Assembly: GCA_038279365.1 (NCBI GenBank)
Contig: JAYODI010000076.1
Span: forward strand, 8,848-28,023
Direction of reading: 5' to 3'
Length of the DNA: 19,176 nucleotides
Source of the DNA: Candidatus Latescibacterota bacterium
GTDB lineage: Bacteria; Latescibacterota; UBA2968
This document shows, piece by piece, positions 7,689 to 16,006 of this stretch. Each line of letters begins with the position of its first letter. Within the stretch, counting starts at the first letter, position 1. The notes below the pieces were generated by a model that had not been told where the DNA came from, searched no databases, and saw nothing but the letters and a program-made list of their open reading frames with translations. The translations under genes and the position numbers were made by a program.

Positions 7689-8483
7689 TTACCCCAACAA
7701 ATTTAAAACCTGTTGTCGATTTACATTTTGCTGGGATAATACCGAAATACTGGCTTGTGTTTGTATCCGTTGACTGGCCAACAAACTGGTTTCTAAAGCC
7801 ACATCAGCATCTCGAATAACCGACTCTGAAGCCTGCAAATTTTCCAGGGCCTGTTCATTGGATCGAATGGCAAACCCCATTCTGCTTTGTAGCACACCCA
7901 TATCACTGCGCTGAACAGATACTTGAGCAATGGCATTGTCAATTGCAGACAGTGTTTGTTGGGCCCCTACTTGTGTGTCAACAGATCGCCCATTCAACCC
8001 CATCTCTGGCCCGCTTGCCCTTAAAATATCAAGTTCAATTTGGTTGCCTTCACCAGGATTGGGACCAATTTGAAAAGAATGGGATCCACCAGATGCGGTT
8101 TGAGCCAAGCGATCCATCTCAGATGTTAATTGGGCAAATTCCGTTTGAATACTTGCCCGATTGGCATCCGTTATGCCAGAGCTTACCGCTTGTACTGACA
8201 GCTCACGCAACCGATCCAAAATAGAATGGGTTTGTGCCAAGGAACCCTCTGAAACTTGCGTTTGGTTGATTGCAAGTTCTGAATTCCGAATTGCTTGGAC
8301 AAAACCAGATATATTGGCCCGCATGCCTTCACTTTGAACCAAACCTGCTGCCTGATCGGAAGCCTGATTGATTTGTAACCCCGAAGCCAGCTTTGAAATA
8401 CGAGCAGACAATGCCCGATTGTTCACTTTTAATGACTTTTGCAATCCAATATCGGAAGCATCCATACGAATTCGAAGCGACAT
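7689..8483 (-). CDS. fliC: Minimal flagellin / flagellin-like protein (D0-D1 only), divergent
   Basis: N-terminal MSLRI...KLASGLQINQASDQAAGL...EGSL...ILDRLRELSVQA, central FQIGPN, C-terminal IDNAIAQVSVQRSDMGVLQSR...ENLQASESVIRDADVALE...QQVLNLLG. RBS-like AAAGGGA upstream. Confidence 0.9.
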   Translation of the reverse strand: MSLRIRMDASDIGLQKSLKVNNRALSARISKLASGLQINQASDQAAGLVQSEGMRANISGFVQAIRNSELAINQTQVSEGSLAQTHSILDRLRELSVQAVSSGITDANRASIQTEFAQLTSEMDRLAQTASGGSHSFQIGPNPGEGNQIELDILRASGPEMGLNGRSVDTQVGAQQTLSAIDNAIAQVSVQRSDMGVLQSRMGFAIRSNEQALENLQASESVIRDADVALETSLLASQRIQTQASISVLSQQNVNRQQVLNLLG

Positions 8484-8573
8484 AAAACCATCCCTTTAAA
8501 AAATACGATCTTCCAAAACCAGGACATTCTATATCTTTTTTAAAATCCCAAAACTTCCGATCTGTCATACACA

Positions 8574-8601
8574 AAGATAAGTATCCGTTTGAAAAAATCA
8601 A
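8574..8601 (-). promoter_or_regulatory. Possible sigma70-type promoter upstream of the flagellin-like gene
   Basis: Minus strand TTGATT (8601-8596), 16-nt spacer, TATCTT (8579-8574). Confidence 0.35.
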
Positions 8602-8640
8602 CACCAATGGCATGTTTGGCCATATTTCATTTTGTCCTGT

Positions 8641-10377
8641 TTATTTTTCTCCAGGTTTTCGATATTTGGCCGCATAACTGTCCCCTTCTGCATCATAAGA
8701 AACACGCACTTCGCCATTGACTATGCCCAAGCGCGGAATACTCCGGTTACGTGCATCTCTTTCTGGGCCACGCATCAAAGAAAATTGCTCTTCTGTCATA
8801 TCCTCTACCATATCCCCCCAGCGGTCTTTCGGATCGACAACGCCGCCCCCCCAGTTGGAATTTCGAGACTGATACTTGATCAAAACACCACGGCGAGGTA
8901 TTGGATTTTTCCATGCCAAAGCACCGTGAGTACACCCACCATCCATAAAAAACAACACATCTCCCGCCTTCATAACGGGTTGTACCACCAACCCCATTGT
9001 CTCATCACAAGTACGGATGCCAGGTGGCATCGCATATTGGGTTTTGTGACTGCCTGGAACAGCAGCAAAACCACCCAAATCGGGCTCTACATCGCGCAAT
9101 TGCCAAGTAATGGTTACCGTTTCTGCATAGCTGCGACCATTTTTAAAATAATATCCACGTGAAGGACTCATCGGTTCATTGCCATCGTGCAATGCATGGC
9201 CCGATGTTCCTTCTACGGCACAAAAAACCGTTGCACCTCCAGTTCGATACCCACTTCCTTTCATCCAATTAAGGCGCTGTACAACAGCAGGATGGGCAAT
9301 CATTTTTCGAAAAGGTTCATTGTAAGGATCCGGCAAATCCAAAAGCCCAGACAACAATGGCCGTCCGGTTCCTGCCTGACTTTTTGATCCCCGTGCAAGT
9401 TCCGAACCGACAACCACCTTATCTTGAAACCGGTCTACAGCTTCATTTGCTTTTGCCAACCAATCTGCATCCATTACATTAGGTACAACCAAATATCCAT
9501 TCAAATCCCAAAAGTAAAATTCTTTTTCATCAATACCTGAATTTGGGTTTTTGATATAAATGGAGGGGTGAATGACATCTGTGCTTTCCTCAACCCACGT
9601 TTTTTCACCATCCGTATTCAACATCGGCGGTGGATTGGAATCGGCAGAACCTGGCCTATTCAAAACAGCACCTTGCTCGGGCGGAGCATGTTTTGTCCAT
9701 TCTGGTAAATAGGCTTCATCAGCACCCTTCCCTGGCCCATTAGATTGTATCGCTGCACGGCCTGCATACCAATACGTTAACAGCCTTTTGGGTTGTTTTG
9801 TCCATGGCAACATCCCTTGCAAAGTGGTTTCCGCCAACAAAAACAGATCGCCGGCCTTCAAAACTGGTTGTTTTACCAAACCCATATCATCTTTTAAGGT
9901 GATCAAATCAGTGGGGGTTTCCACATTGCTCTTATGACTGGCTTGCACAACATGGAGGCCCCCATCTCCGGCATTCACATCTTCTAAAACCCAAATGGCT
10001 TTCAATCCTTGGCAAGAACGTCGATTCTTTTGAATATAATATGCCCGTGCAGGATCTCTTGGTTCATCCCCACCAGACAAAACTGTTTTTATTTCGCCCT
10101 CACATCCACCCAATAACCGAGGCGCTTGGTCTAAGCGAAATCCATGTCCAATCAGTTGATTCAAATACCACACCAATTGTGGGTGCACCAACAAATTGCG
10201 AAACAACTCACGGTGTTCTTTTTCCCACCCCAACATGCCTTCCACCTTTCCCACCGCATCTAAGGCCTGATTGAGCGCTGTCACTTCTCCTTTATTTAAA
10301 ACACCGGGAATATGTAAATAACCCGCAACATCGAATGCATAATTTTCTTCATTGCTCATTTCTTCTCGATCCATCAC
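8641..10377 (-). CDS. Tandem two-domain PhyH (phytanoyl-CoA dioxygenase-like Fe(II)/2OG) family protein
   Basis: Internal duplication: FDVAGYLHIPGVL / WDLNGYLVVPNVM; GGLHVVQASHKS / GGFAAVPGSHKT; MGLVKQPVLKAGD / MGLVVQPVMKAGD. RBS AAGGAG precedes GTG 10377 / ATG 10374. Confidence 0.88.
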   Translation of the reverse strand: MMDREEMSNEENYAFDVAGYLHIPGVLNKGEVTALNQALDAVGKVEGMLGWEKEHRELFRNLLVHPQLVWYLNQLIGHGFRLDQAPRLLGGCEGEIKTVLSGGDEPRDPARAYYIQKNRRSCQGLKAIWVLEDVNAGDGGLHVVQASHKSNVETPTDLITLKDDMGLVKQPVLKAGDLFLLAETTLQGMLPWTKQPKRLLTYWYAGRAAIQSNGPGKGADEAYLPEWTKHAPPEQGAVLNRPGSADSNPPPMLNTDGEKTWVEESTDVIHPSIYIKNPNSGIDEKEFYFWDLNGYLVVPNVMDADWLAKANEAVDRFQDKVVVGSELARGSKSQAGTGRPLLSGLLDLPDPYNEPFRKMIAHPAVVQRLNWMKGSGYRTGGATVFCAVEGTSGHALHDGNEPMSPSRGYYFKNGRSYAETVTITWQLRDVEPDLGGFAAVPGSHKTQYAMPPGIRTCDETMGLVVQPVMKAGDVLFFMDGGCTHGALAWKNPIPRRGVLIKYQSRNSNWGGGVVDPKDRWGDMVEDMTEEQFSLMRGPERDARNRSIPRLGIVNGEVRVSYDAEGDSYAAKYRKPGEK

Positions 10378-10394
10378 ACGCTCCTTTTGTCACA

Positions 10395-11054
10395 TCATTT
10401 TTTAGATGACCTTTTGTGCTTTAAAAGCCACTTGAAAAATTCGGGATCATCATACGTTTCTGTCCAAGAATCGTGACCAGCTTCAGGATAGACTGTAAAC
10501 TTCACATCACCATCAAACTGCTTCATAAACTTCACCAAGCGATCAGATTCTTCTATTGGTACTGTGGAATCTTTGGCACCATGAAAAACCCATGTGGGTA
10601 TTTTGGCTTGAGAAATCCGACGTGCCTGTTGGCGCGTGCCGCCACCACAGATGGGTGCGATAGCGGCAAAACGGTTTGGGTAGTCACCCGCCAAAGCCCA
10701 GGTGCCATACCCGCCCATACTTAAACCCGTTACATAAATACGATCTTCATCCACATGATGCTTTGCCACAATCTCATCAACCAATGCCATAAGTCCATCG
10801 GGCTTCCACCAACTTTCTTCAGGACATTGGGGAGACACCAAGATGAAAGGTAGTTTTTGACCTGCTTCAATCAATTTGGGCGGCCCATGTTTGGTCACCT
10901 TATCCAAATCGTTCCCTCGCTCCCCTGCGCCGTGTAAAAAAAGCACCAAAGGCATCTTCTGTTGAGCGCCATCACCTGGCAAATACAGCAAATAATTAAG
11001 GGCATATATTTGTGTGATCTTTTTGGTAAAGGATTCTGCTGTTTGTTGTCTCAT
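10395..11054 (-). CDS. Alpha/beta hydrolase (phospholipase/carboxylesterase or peptidase S9-like)
   Basis: PLVLFLHGAGERG, nucleophile elbow TGLSMGGYG, FHGAKD (Asp), AGHDSW (His). RBS GGAGG. Confidence 0.9.
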   Translation of the reverse strand: MRQQTAESFTKKITQIYALNYLLYLPGDGAQQKMPLVLFLHGAGERGNDLDKVTKHGPPKLIEAGQKLPFILVSPQCPEESWWKPDGLMALVDEIVAKHHVDEDRIYVTGLSMGGYGTWALAGDYPNRFAAIAPICGGGTRQQARRISQAKIPTWVFHGAKDSTVPIEESDRLVKFMKQFDGDVKFTVYPEAGHDSWTETYDDPEFFKWLLKHKRSSKK

Positions 11055-11097
11055 ATCGCCTCCACTATTTGTGATGTCTCAACAGATCTCAAGCACG

Positions 11098-11131
11098 ATC
11101 GCCATTGGATCCAGGCATATCCAATGGCGAT
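11098..11131. repeat. Perfect 13-bp inverted repeat in a divergent intergenic region
   Basis: ATCGCCATTGGAT-ccaggcat-ATCCAATGGCGAT; no flanking U-tract. Confidence 0.8.
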
Positions 11132-11161
11132 GCAATCACTTGTTAAAAGTAAAAAAAGCCA

Positions 11162-11190
11162 TTGACGAAAATTGCAAATCACTCTATTCT
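11162..11190 (+). promoter_or_regulatory. Sigma70 promoter of the inositol-dehydrogenase-like gene
   Basis: TTGACG (11162-11167), 17-nt spacer, TATTCT (11185-11190). Confidence 0.7.
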
Positions 11191-11243
11191 TGCACGATGC
11201 AACATCATTTTTATTCATCTCCACTCACAACAGGACACAACAG

Positions 11244-12329
11244 ATGAACAAACCTATTAAAATGGCAGTTATTGGTGTTGGCCGCATTGGTGTTTTTCAC
11301 GCAAAGCACGTACAAGAACTCGCACGAGAAACTGGAAAATGCGAACTGGTTGCCGTTGTGGACACATATAGCGATACGGCCCAACGCGTAGCCAAACAGC
11401 TCCAAACAGATCAAGACACTCCCATCCAAGCCTTTAACTCTGTCTTAGACCTGGCCAAAGCAAACCTCATAGACGGTGCCTTAATTGCCTCTCGTACAGA
11501 CGACCACGAACCCGATGCACGCACATTAATAGATGCAGGATGTCGTGTCTTACTCGAAAAACCCCTGACCCACTCACTCGAATCGGCACAAAAATTGGTC
11601 GCATATCTCAATGCCGACAAAACAAAAAGCCAGGCCCTGATGCAAGCTTTTATGCGGCGCTTTGATGCCCCATTGGTGAAGGCCAAAACACTGCTTGAAC
11701 AAAATGCCATAGGCAACATCTTCAAAATCACTTCCATTCTTGAAGACCCTGCACCTCCTCCTGTGGGCTATAACAGTCCAGGGCTTTTGACAGATATGTC
11801 CGTTCACAACTGTGACGAAATCTTGTGGCTCTTAGATGGCCCATTGCCCGAATATGCTGCCGCCTTTGGATCTAATCTACACAACACCTTTGTGAGCCCC
11901 GTTGTGGAAGATTATGACGATGCCTTTTTGCAAATGTGGTTTCCCGGAAACTTAGTTGGACAAGTACAGGTGAGCAGAAACCATGTGGCCGGATATCGCA
12001 ACGAATCTTGGATATTTGGCGACAAAGGGGTCATTCATGTGGGTAACTTTCAGGAAAACCCACTTCGCGTGACCGTAGAAGCCTATGGCCCATCGGGCGT
12101 TATTGCAAAAGAAACGTTCGCCCTTCGCGATTATGGCGATGATGTACCTGTGTTCATCAAACGCTTTGGCGAAGCCTATAAAAACGAACTCAATTACTTT
12201 CTCGACCAGTGTCTTGCAAACGCCCCCTTTAGCGTTACCCACGAAGATGGCCTTAACGCGATGCGGGTTGCCCTTGCAGGCACTGCGGCCATCAAACCAA
12301 AAGAAAATGCATTAAAAATCGAAAACTAA
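11244..12329 (+). CDS. Gfo/Idh/MocA family oxidoreductase, myo-inositol 2-dehydrogenase-like
   Basis: Rossmann motif VIGVGRIG, LLEKP, MRRFD, DP.PPP..Y, GLLTDMSVH, RFGEAY..EL..F. Start moved from 11172 to ATG 11244 (CAGGAC upstream; the ORF-track start lies inside the promoter). Confidence 0.88.
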   Translation: MNKPIKMAVIGVGRIGVFHAKHVQELARETGKCELVAVVDTYSDTAQRVAKQLQTDQDTPIQAFNSVLDLAKANLIDGALIASRTDDHEPDARTLIDAGCRVLLEKPLTHSLESAQKLVAYLNADKTKSQALMQAFMRRFDAPLVKAKTLLEQNAIGNIFKITSILEDPAPPPVGYNSPGLLTDMSVHNCDEILWLLDGPLPEYAAAFGSNLHNTFVSPVVEDYDDAFLQMWFPGNLVGQVQVSRNHVAGYRNESWIFGDKGVIHVGNFQENPLRVTVEAYGPSGVIAKETFALRDYGDDVPVFIKRFGEAYKNELNYFLDQCLANAPFSVTHEDGLNAMRVALAGTAAIKPKENALKIEN

Positions 12330-12367
12330 ACCCATCTTAAAATGGCATGAAAAGGTGACGCCTCTTG

Positions 12368-13225
12368 TTAACAAGTCACATCTTTACCTTCATTGCCAAA
12401 AACGGCCAAACGCGCATTGGAATCAATCGTTTCTACAGATGACGGAACGTAATGCAACTGCAATGCTCGCCTCCGTTTTTCTGATCGATTGGCAGGTGTA
12501 CCATGGTGCAATCGCCCATGCCACAACAAAACCCCACCGGGTTTGAGGGGCACTGCAATAACGCGATTTTTGGCCACATCGGTATCGCAGATTTGCCAGT
12601 CACGGCGATTGAAGTGTACTACGGGGCCCTCTAAGTGGCTTTGGGGAATGATGCGCATACACCCATTTTCTGCCGTTGCCTCATCCAATGCCACCCAGGC
12701 GCTGACAATGCATGTATCAAGAGACAAATTGAAATATGCATGGTCTTGGTGCCAAGGTTTTTCACGACCAATACCGGGGGGTTTGAGCATGGCCTGGTTG
12801 GCAAAAAGCGTGGGCGGTTCTCCCATGATGCGCGTTAAAATATTCAACAACAGATTGTCTTCTCCAAACACATCCAACCGAGAATCAAACCCGACAAAGC
12901 GCGTGAGTTTTCTCACCAAAACCTCACGCGCTTCACCCGCCTCTTGTGCACCACGATCTCGAATGCCCTTTTCAAATTGTACCCCATTAAAACCTTCTTT
13001 TTGCCCCGCTATCAAATCTGCCACTGCCTCCATAGCCCCTGCAACAACCTGAGAGGAATAAGCATGTTCTATAGCCAAAAAACCTTGTACATGAAACTGG
13101 GCAATATGTTCATCTGTAACTGCATCAAACCCGTCAATAACAGAAGCAACACCCGTAGGTATATATAAATTGGGGTCATAGCTTTCTGGACCATATTGAT
13201 CTTCGAGAAAATCTACTTTCTCCAT
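12368..13225 (-). CDS. PhyH family Fe(II)/2-oxoglutarate dioxygenase
   Basis: FHVQGFL, KPWHQD (HxD), SAWVALDEATAENGCM.IIPQSH, LHHGTPANRSEKRRRA. ATG 13225 preceded by GAGGAG. Confidence 0.92.
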   Translation of the reverse strand: MEKVDFLEDQYGPESYDPNLYIPTGVASVIDGFDAVTDEHIAQFHVQGFLAIEHAYSSQVVAGAMEAVADLIAGQKEGFNGVQFEKGIRDRGAQEAGEAREVLVRKLTRFVGFDSRLDVFGEDNLLLNILTRIMGEPPTLFANQAMLKPPGIGREKPWHQDHAYFNLSLDTCIVSAWVALDEATAENGCMRIIPQSHLEGPVVHFNRRDWQICDTDVAKNRVIAVPLKPGGVLLWHGRLHHGTPANRSEKRRRALQLHYVPSSVETIDSNARLAVFGNEGKDVTC

Positions 13226-13270
13226 ACACACTCCTCAGTTAAAAACATCACCAAGATCACAGGAGACACC

Positions 13271-14059
13271 ATGCTTGAACTTGAAATTGTATCCCCCTCA
13301 CACATTGAACAAGCTGCCCAAATATTCCATCGTGACGGATTTGTAGCCATTGAAAACGCTTTGACCGATGAACAGTTTGGCATCATAAAAGAAGCTGCCC
13401 ATCGGGTTGTTGTGGAACAAACCCAAGCCATTGCTTTAGAAAAAGCCAACCGAGGTTATGCCCGCTATTCCTTTGGTTCACAAACCCACCATTTAGAATG
13501 GGCGATGCTTATTGACCTTCCGACCATCCTCCCCATCGTAGAAAAAATATTCGACAGCAATCAATTTGTATCCAGTGGCGGCGGGGGTGATTATTCATTG
13601 CCCGGGGCAAAAATCCAACACCTTCACGCAGACATGCCCGACCACATCAAAGACCCACAGCAGCGTGTGACCATCATGGACTTGCCCACCCCTTTTATTG
13701 TGGTCAACTTTCCGATGATCGACTTCTCCAAAGAAAACGGAGCCACCCGCTTTATAAAAGGTACCCACCGATCACGACACCCCATTCCCAAACTCGACGA
13801 AGAACCCGAATGGATGAAAAATGCCATTGCCTGTGCCCCTGCTCAATCGGCCATTATTCGCGATGTACGCTGTTGGCATGGCGGCACACCCAACACATCA
13901 CAAGATACACGCATTATGACCAGCACGGGTTATTACGCCCCATGGTTTCGAAGACCAGGCATGTCTGGAGATATGCCCCGCGCCATTTACAATACCTTGT
14001 CTGAGCGCGCAAAAGAGCTTTGTCGATTTATTGTTTCTCTGGAAGAACCAACCCAATAA
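13271..14059 (+). CDS. PhyH family Fe(II)/2-oxoglutarate dioxygenase
   Basis: FHRDGFV, HLHAD (HxD), VVNFPMIDF..ENGAT....GTH, IRDVRCWHGGTPN....R. ATG 13271 preceded by AGGAG. Confidence 0.9.
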   Translation: MLELEIVSPSHIEQAAQIFHRDGFVAIENALTDEQFGIIKEAAHRVVVEQTQAIALEKANRGYARYSFGSQTHHLEWAMLIDLPTILPIVEKIFDSNQFVSSGGGGDYSLPGAKIQHLHADMPDHIKDPQQRVTIMDLPTPFIVVNFPMIDFSKENGATRFIKGTHRSRHPIPKLDEEPEWMKNAIACAPAQSAIIRDVRCWHGGTPNTSQDTRIMTSTGYYAPWFRRPGMSGDMPRAIYNTLSERAKELCRFIVSLEEPTQ

Positions 14060-14070
14060 GCCCTTATATT

Positions 14071-15114
14071 TTATAGGTTCACCCGCACATTGCCCCCATG
14101 ATGGGATTTCATGATGCCCAACATAATCTGCAATGTCTTTCGGGCCTCTTCTGGGGGGGAAATAAGTGTGCCTCCATTTTCCAACACATCTACCAACTCT
14201 GCAACCGCCCCACTTTGCTTTGTATACATAAATTGATCGGGCACAAGCGTGGCCTGCGACCACCACCGTGACGCAGGCAGTGGTGTCAAGAGTTCACATT
14301 TTTGATCTGAAATTTCAATGCGACCGTTTTCGCAAGTAAGTGAAATCTTGTGGCCAGGAAATTCGGTTTTGTAAAAGTTAACAAAACTTCGCACACCATT
14401 GTCAAAACGCACATACGCCGATGCGTAAGGATCGGTAGCAGGATCTTTGCCATTGCCGTTATATTCGGTAAAATGCTCAAAACCATCTTCCAAATCGGCC
14501 ATCACCCACGATGGGGTTCCCCCTGCAAAAAAACACACCATATCAATCAAATGTGTGCCATTGCGAAACATCATAGCCCGAGAACTAAACATCTCACACA
14601 CAATGGTTCTCAACGGTCCTATCTCGCCAGATTGAATCAAAGCACGTGCCTGTAAATAGCTGGGGTACCACCGTCGAGAATGTTCGATAGACAACAACAC
14701 ATTGTGTTTTTTTGCAGCCGCAATCATGGCATCGGCATCGTCTAAGGTGGTGGCAATTGGTTTTTCACATAAAATGGCCCGCGCCGAACTTTCTGCCGCG
14801 GCAATTGTCACTTCCCGATGATAATGATCGGGCGTAACCACACTTACAAGATCGGGTTGTTCTTTGTCTAACATATCTTGATAATGGGTATAGGTTTTGA
14901 CATTGGGCCAAACATCTTTCCAACGTGTATAAAAAGCTTCTAACATCTCTTGTTTGACATCACAAACAGCCACCACCTCCGTTTTAGGATGCCTATGATA
15001 TGCCGATGCATGAGAATTGGGCATGTTGCCATACACAGGATCTATAGATTCTGATGGTCGCGCACCCCCTATCCCCGTTAGGCCAACAATAACCGCTTTA
15101 TATGACCCGATCAC
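14071..15114 (-). CDS. Gfo/Idh/MocA family oxidoreductase
   Basis: IVGLTGIG, VVAVCD, DLVSVVTPDHYH, ILCEKP, GTHLID. Likely GTG start at 15114 overlapping the upstream stop (GTGA), with GGAGG upstream. Confidence 0.9.
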   Translation of the reverse strand: MIGSYKAVIVGLTGIGGARPSESIDPVYGNMPNSHASAYHRHPKTEVVAVCDVKQEMLEAFYTRWKDVWPNVKTYTHYQDMLDKEQPDLVSVVTPDHYHREVTIAAAESSARAILCEKPIATTLDDADAMIAAAKKHNVLLSIEHSRRWYPSYLQARALIQSGEIGPLRTIVCEMFSSRAMMFRNGTHLIDMVCFFAGGTPSWVMADLEDGFEHFTEYNGNGKDPATDPYASAYVRFDNGVRSFVNFYKTEFPGHKISLTCENGRIEISDQKCELLTPLPASRWWSQATLVPDQFMYTKQSGAVAELVDVLENGGTLISPPEEARKTLQIMLGIMKSHHGGNVRVNL

Positions 15115-15977
15115 ACACCCTCCTTCCATTTGCGCACCTGTTTGCGCCAAACCTTATCCACCTCATCACGAATAATCTGTACATCTTTCCAACGGTCTGG
15201 AAAAACAGATAAAAAATATCCTGGTGGCCCTTGCTCTGGGCACACAAACATCTCTCGCCCAGACCCTGCCGCTTGAAGCCAAGTTTCAATGACCTTTTCG
15301 GCAAATGGCAACCAATCTAAAAATTCAGGTGTCAAACCGCCTTTGCCATTGCTTGCAGGAATTTGGGCATGGTGACCATTAAATGGACGAAAGTGAAACT
15401 GCTGTGCCAATTGAATAAGGTCTATACGTTCGGCCAAGCGTGGCCAATAATTGGCGGGCGACAAATGTTTTACCACGGCAGGATGCGAAAAATCAAAAGT
15501 CATTTTTAACAACTTCTTCTCGGCTTTTTCAAACCCAGCAGCCAAAGCATATGCTTTTTCGGGTGTTTCCGTACATGTATCACGATGGACCTCAATGGCC
15601 ACATCCATATCCAATTCGCCAGCCACATCCATCACCCGACGTGCCAAAGATACGGCTCGTTTTGTGGGTGTGTCGTGATCCAACATTTGTACGTTTACAC
15701 ACCGTGCGCCAGCTGCTTGAATGGCTTTTAATTTGGGCTTCACATCTTTGGCCAATCCCATATCTACTGTGGCTGCAAAAATCAACCCGTGTTTTTCAAC
15801 CAACTCGGGTGTGACCACGGGTACACGGCCTAAAAAGCCGTCAAAACCCGCCTTTTTGATCTGTGCCAATTTTTGATCCACTGTCCACTCACCCTTTTTG
15901 CCACCATACCCCGTAAGCGACCACAAACTGGCCATATGTCGAATGATCGGTTTTGCAACCGCCTTCTTAATTGCCAT
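15111..15977 (-). CDS. Xylose isomerase-like TIM-barrel protein (sugar phosphate isomerase/epimerase family)
   Basis: IKKAGFDG and metal-ligand-type motifs AIEVHR, TFDFSH, FHFR, CPEQGP. ATG 15977 preceded by GGGGAGG. Confidence 0.8.
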   Translation of the reverse strand: MAIKKAVAKPIIRHMASLWSLTGYGGKKGEWTVDQKLAQIKKAGFDGFLGRVPVVTPELVEKHGLIFAATVDMGLAKDVKPKLKAIQAAGARCVNVQMLDHDTPTKRAVSLARRVMDVAGELDMDVAIEVHRDTCTETPEKAYALAAGFEKAEKKLLKMTFDFSHPAVVKHLSPANYWPRLAERIDLIQLAQQFHFRPFNGHHAQIPASNGKGGLTPEFLDWLPFAEKVIETWLQAAGSGREMFVCPEQGPPGYFLSVFPDRWKDVQIIRDEVDKVWRKQVRKWKEGV

Positions 15978-16006
15978 CAAAACCTCCCCTTTGCCAGACA
16001 ACTTGG

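Noticed and set aside
8484-8640. Sigma28 or sigma54 promoter for the flagellin-like gene
   Set aside because: The best sigma28 match (GGAAGTTT...AAAGATAT) lacks GCCGAT, and the GG/GC spacing in TGGCCAAACATGC is 8 nt rather than 10.
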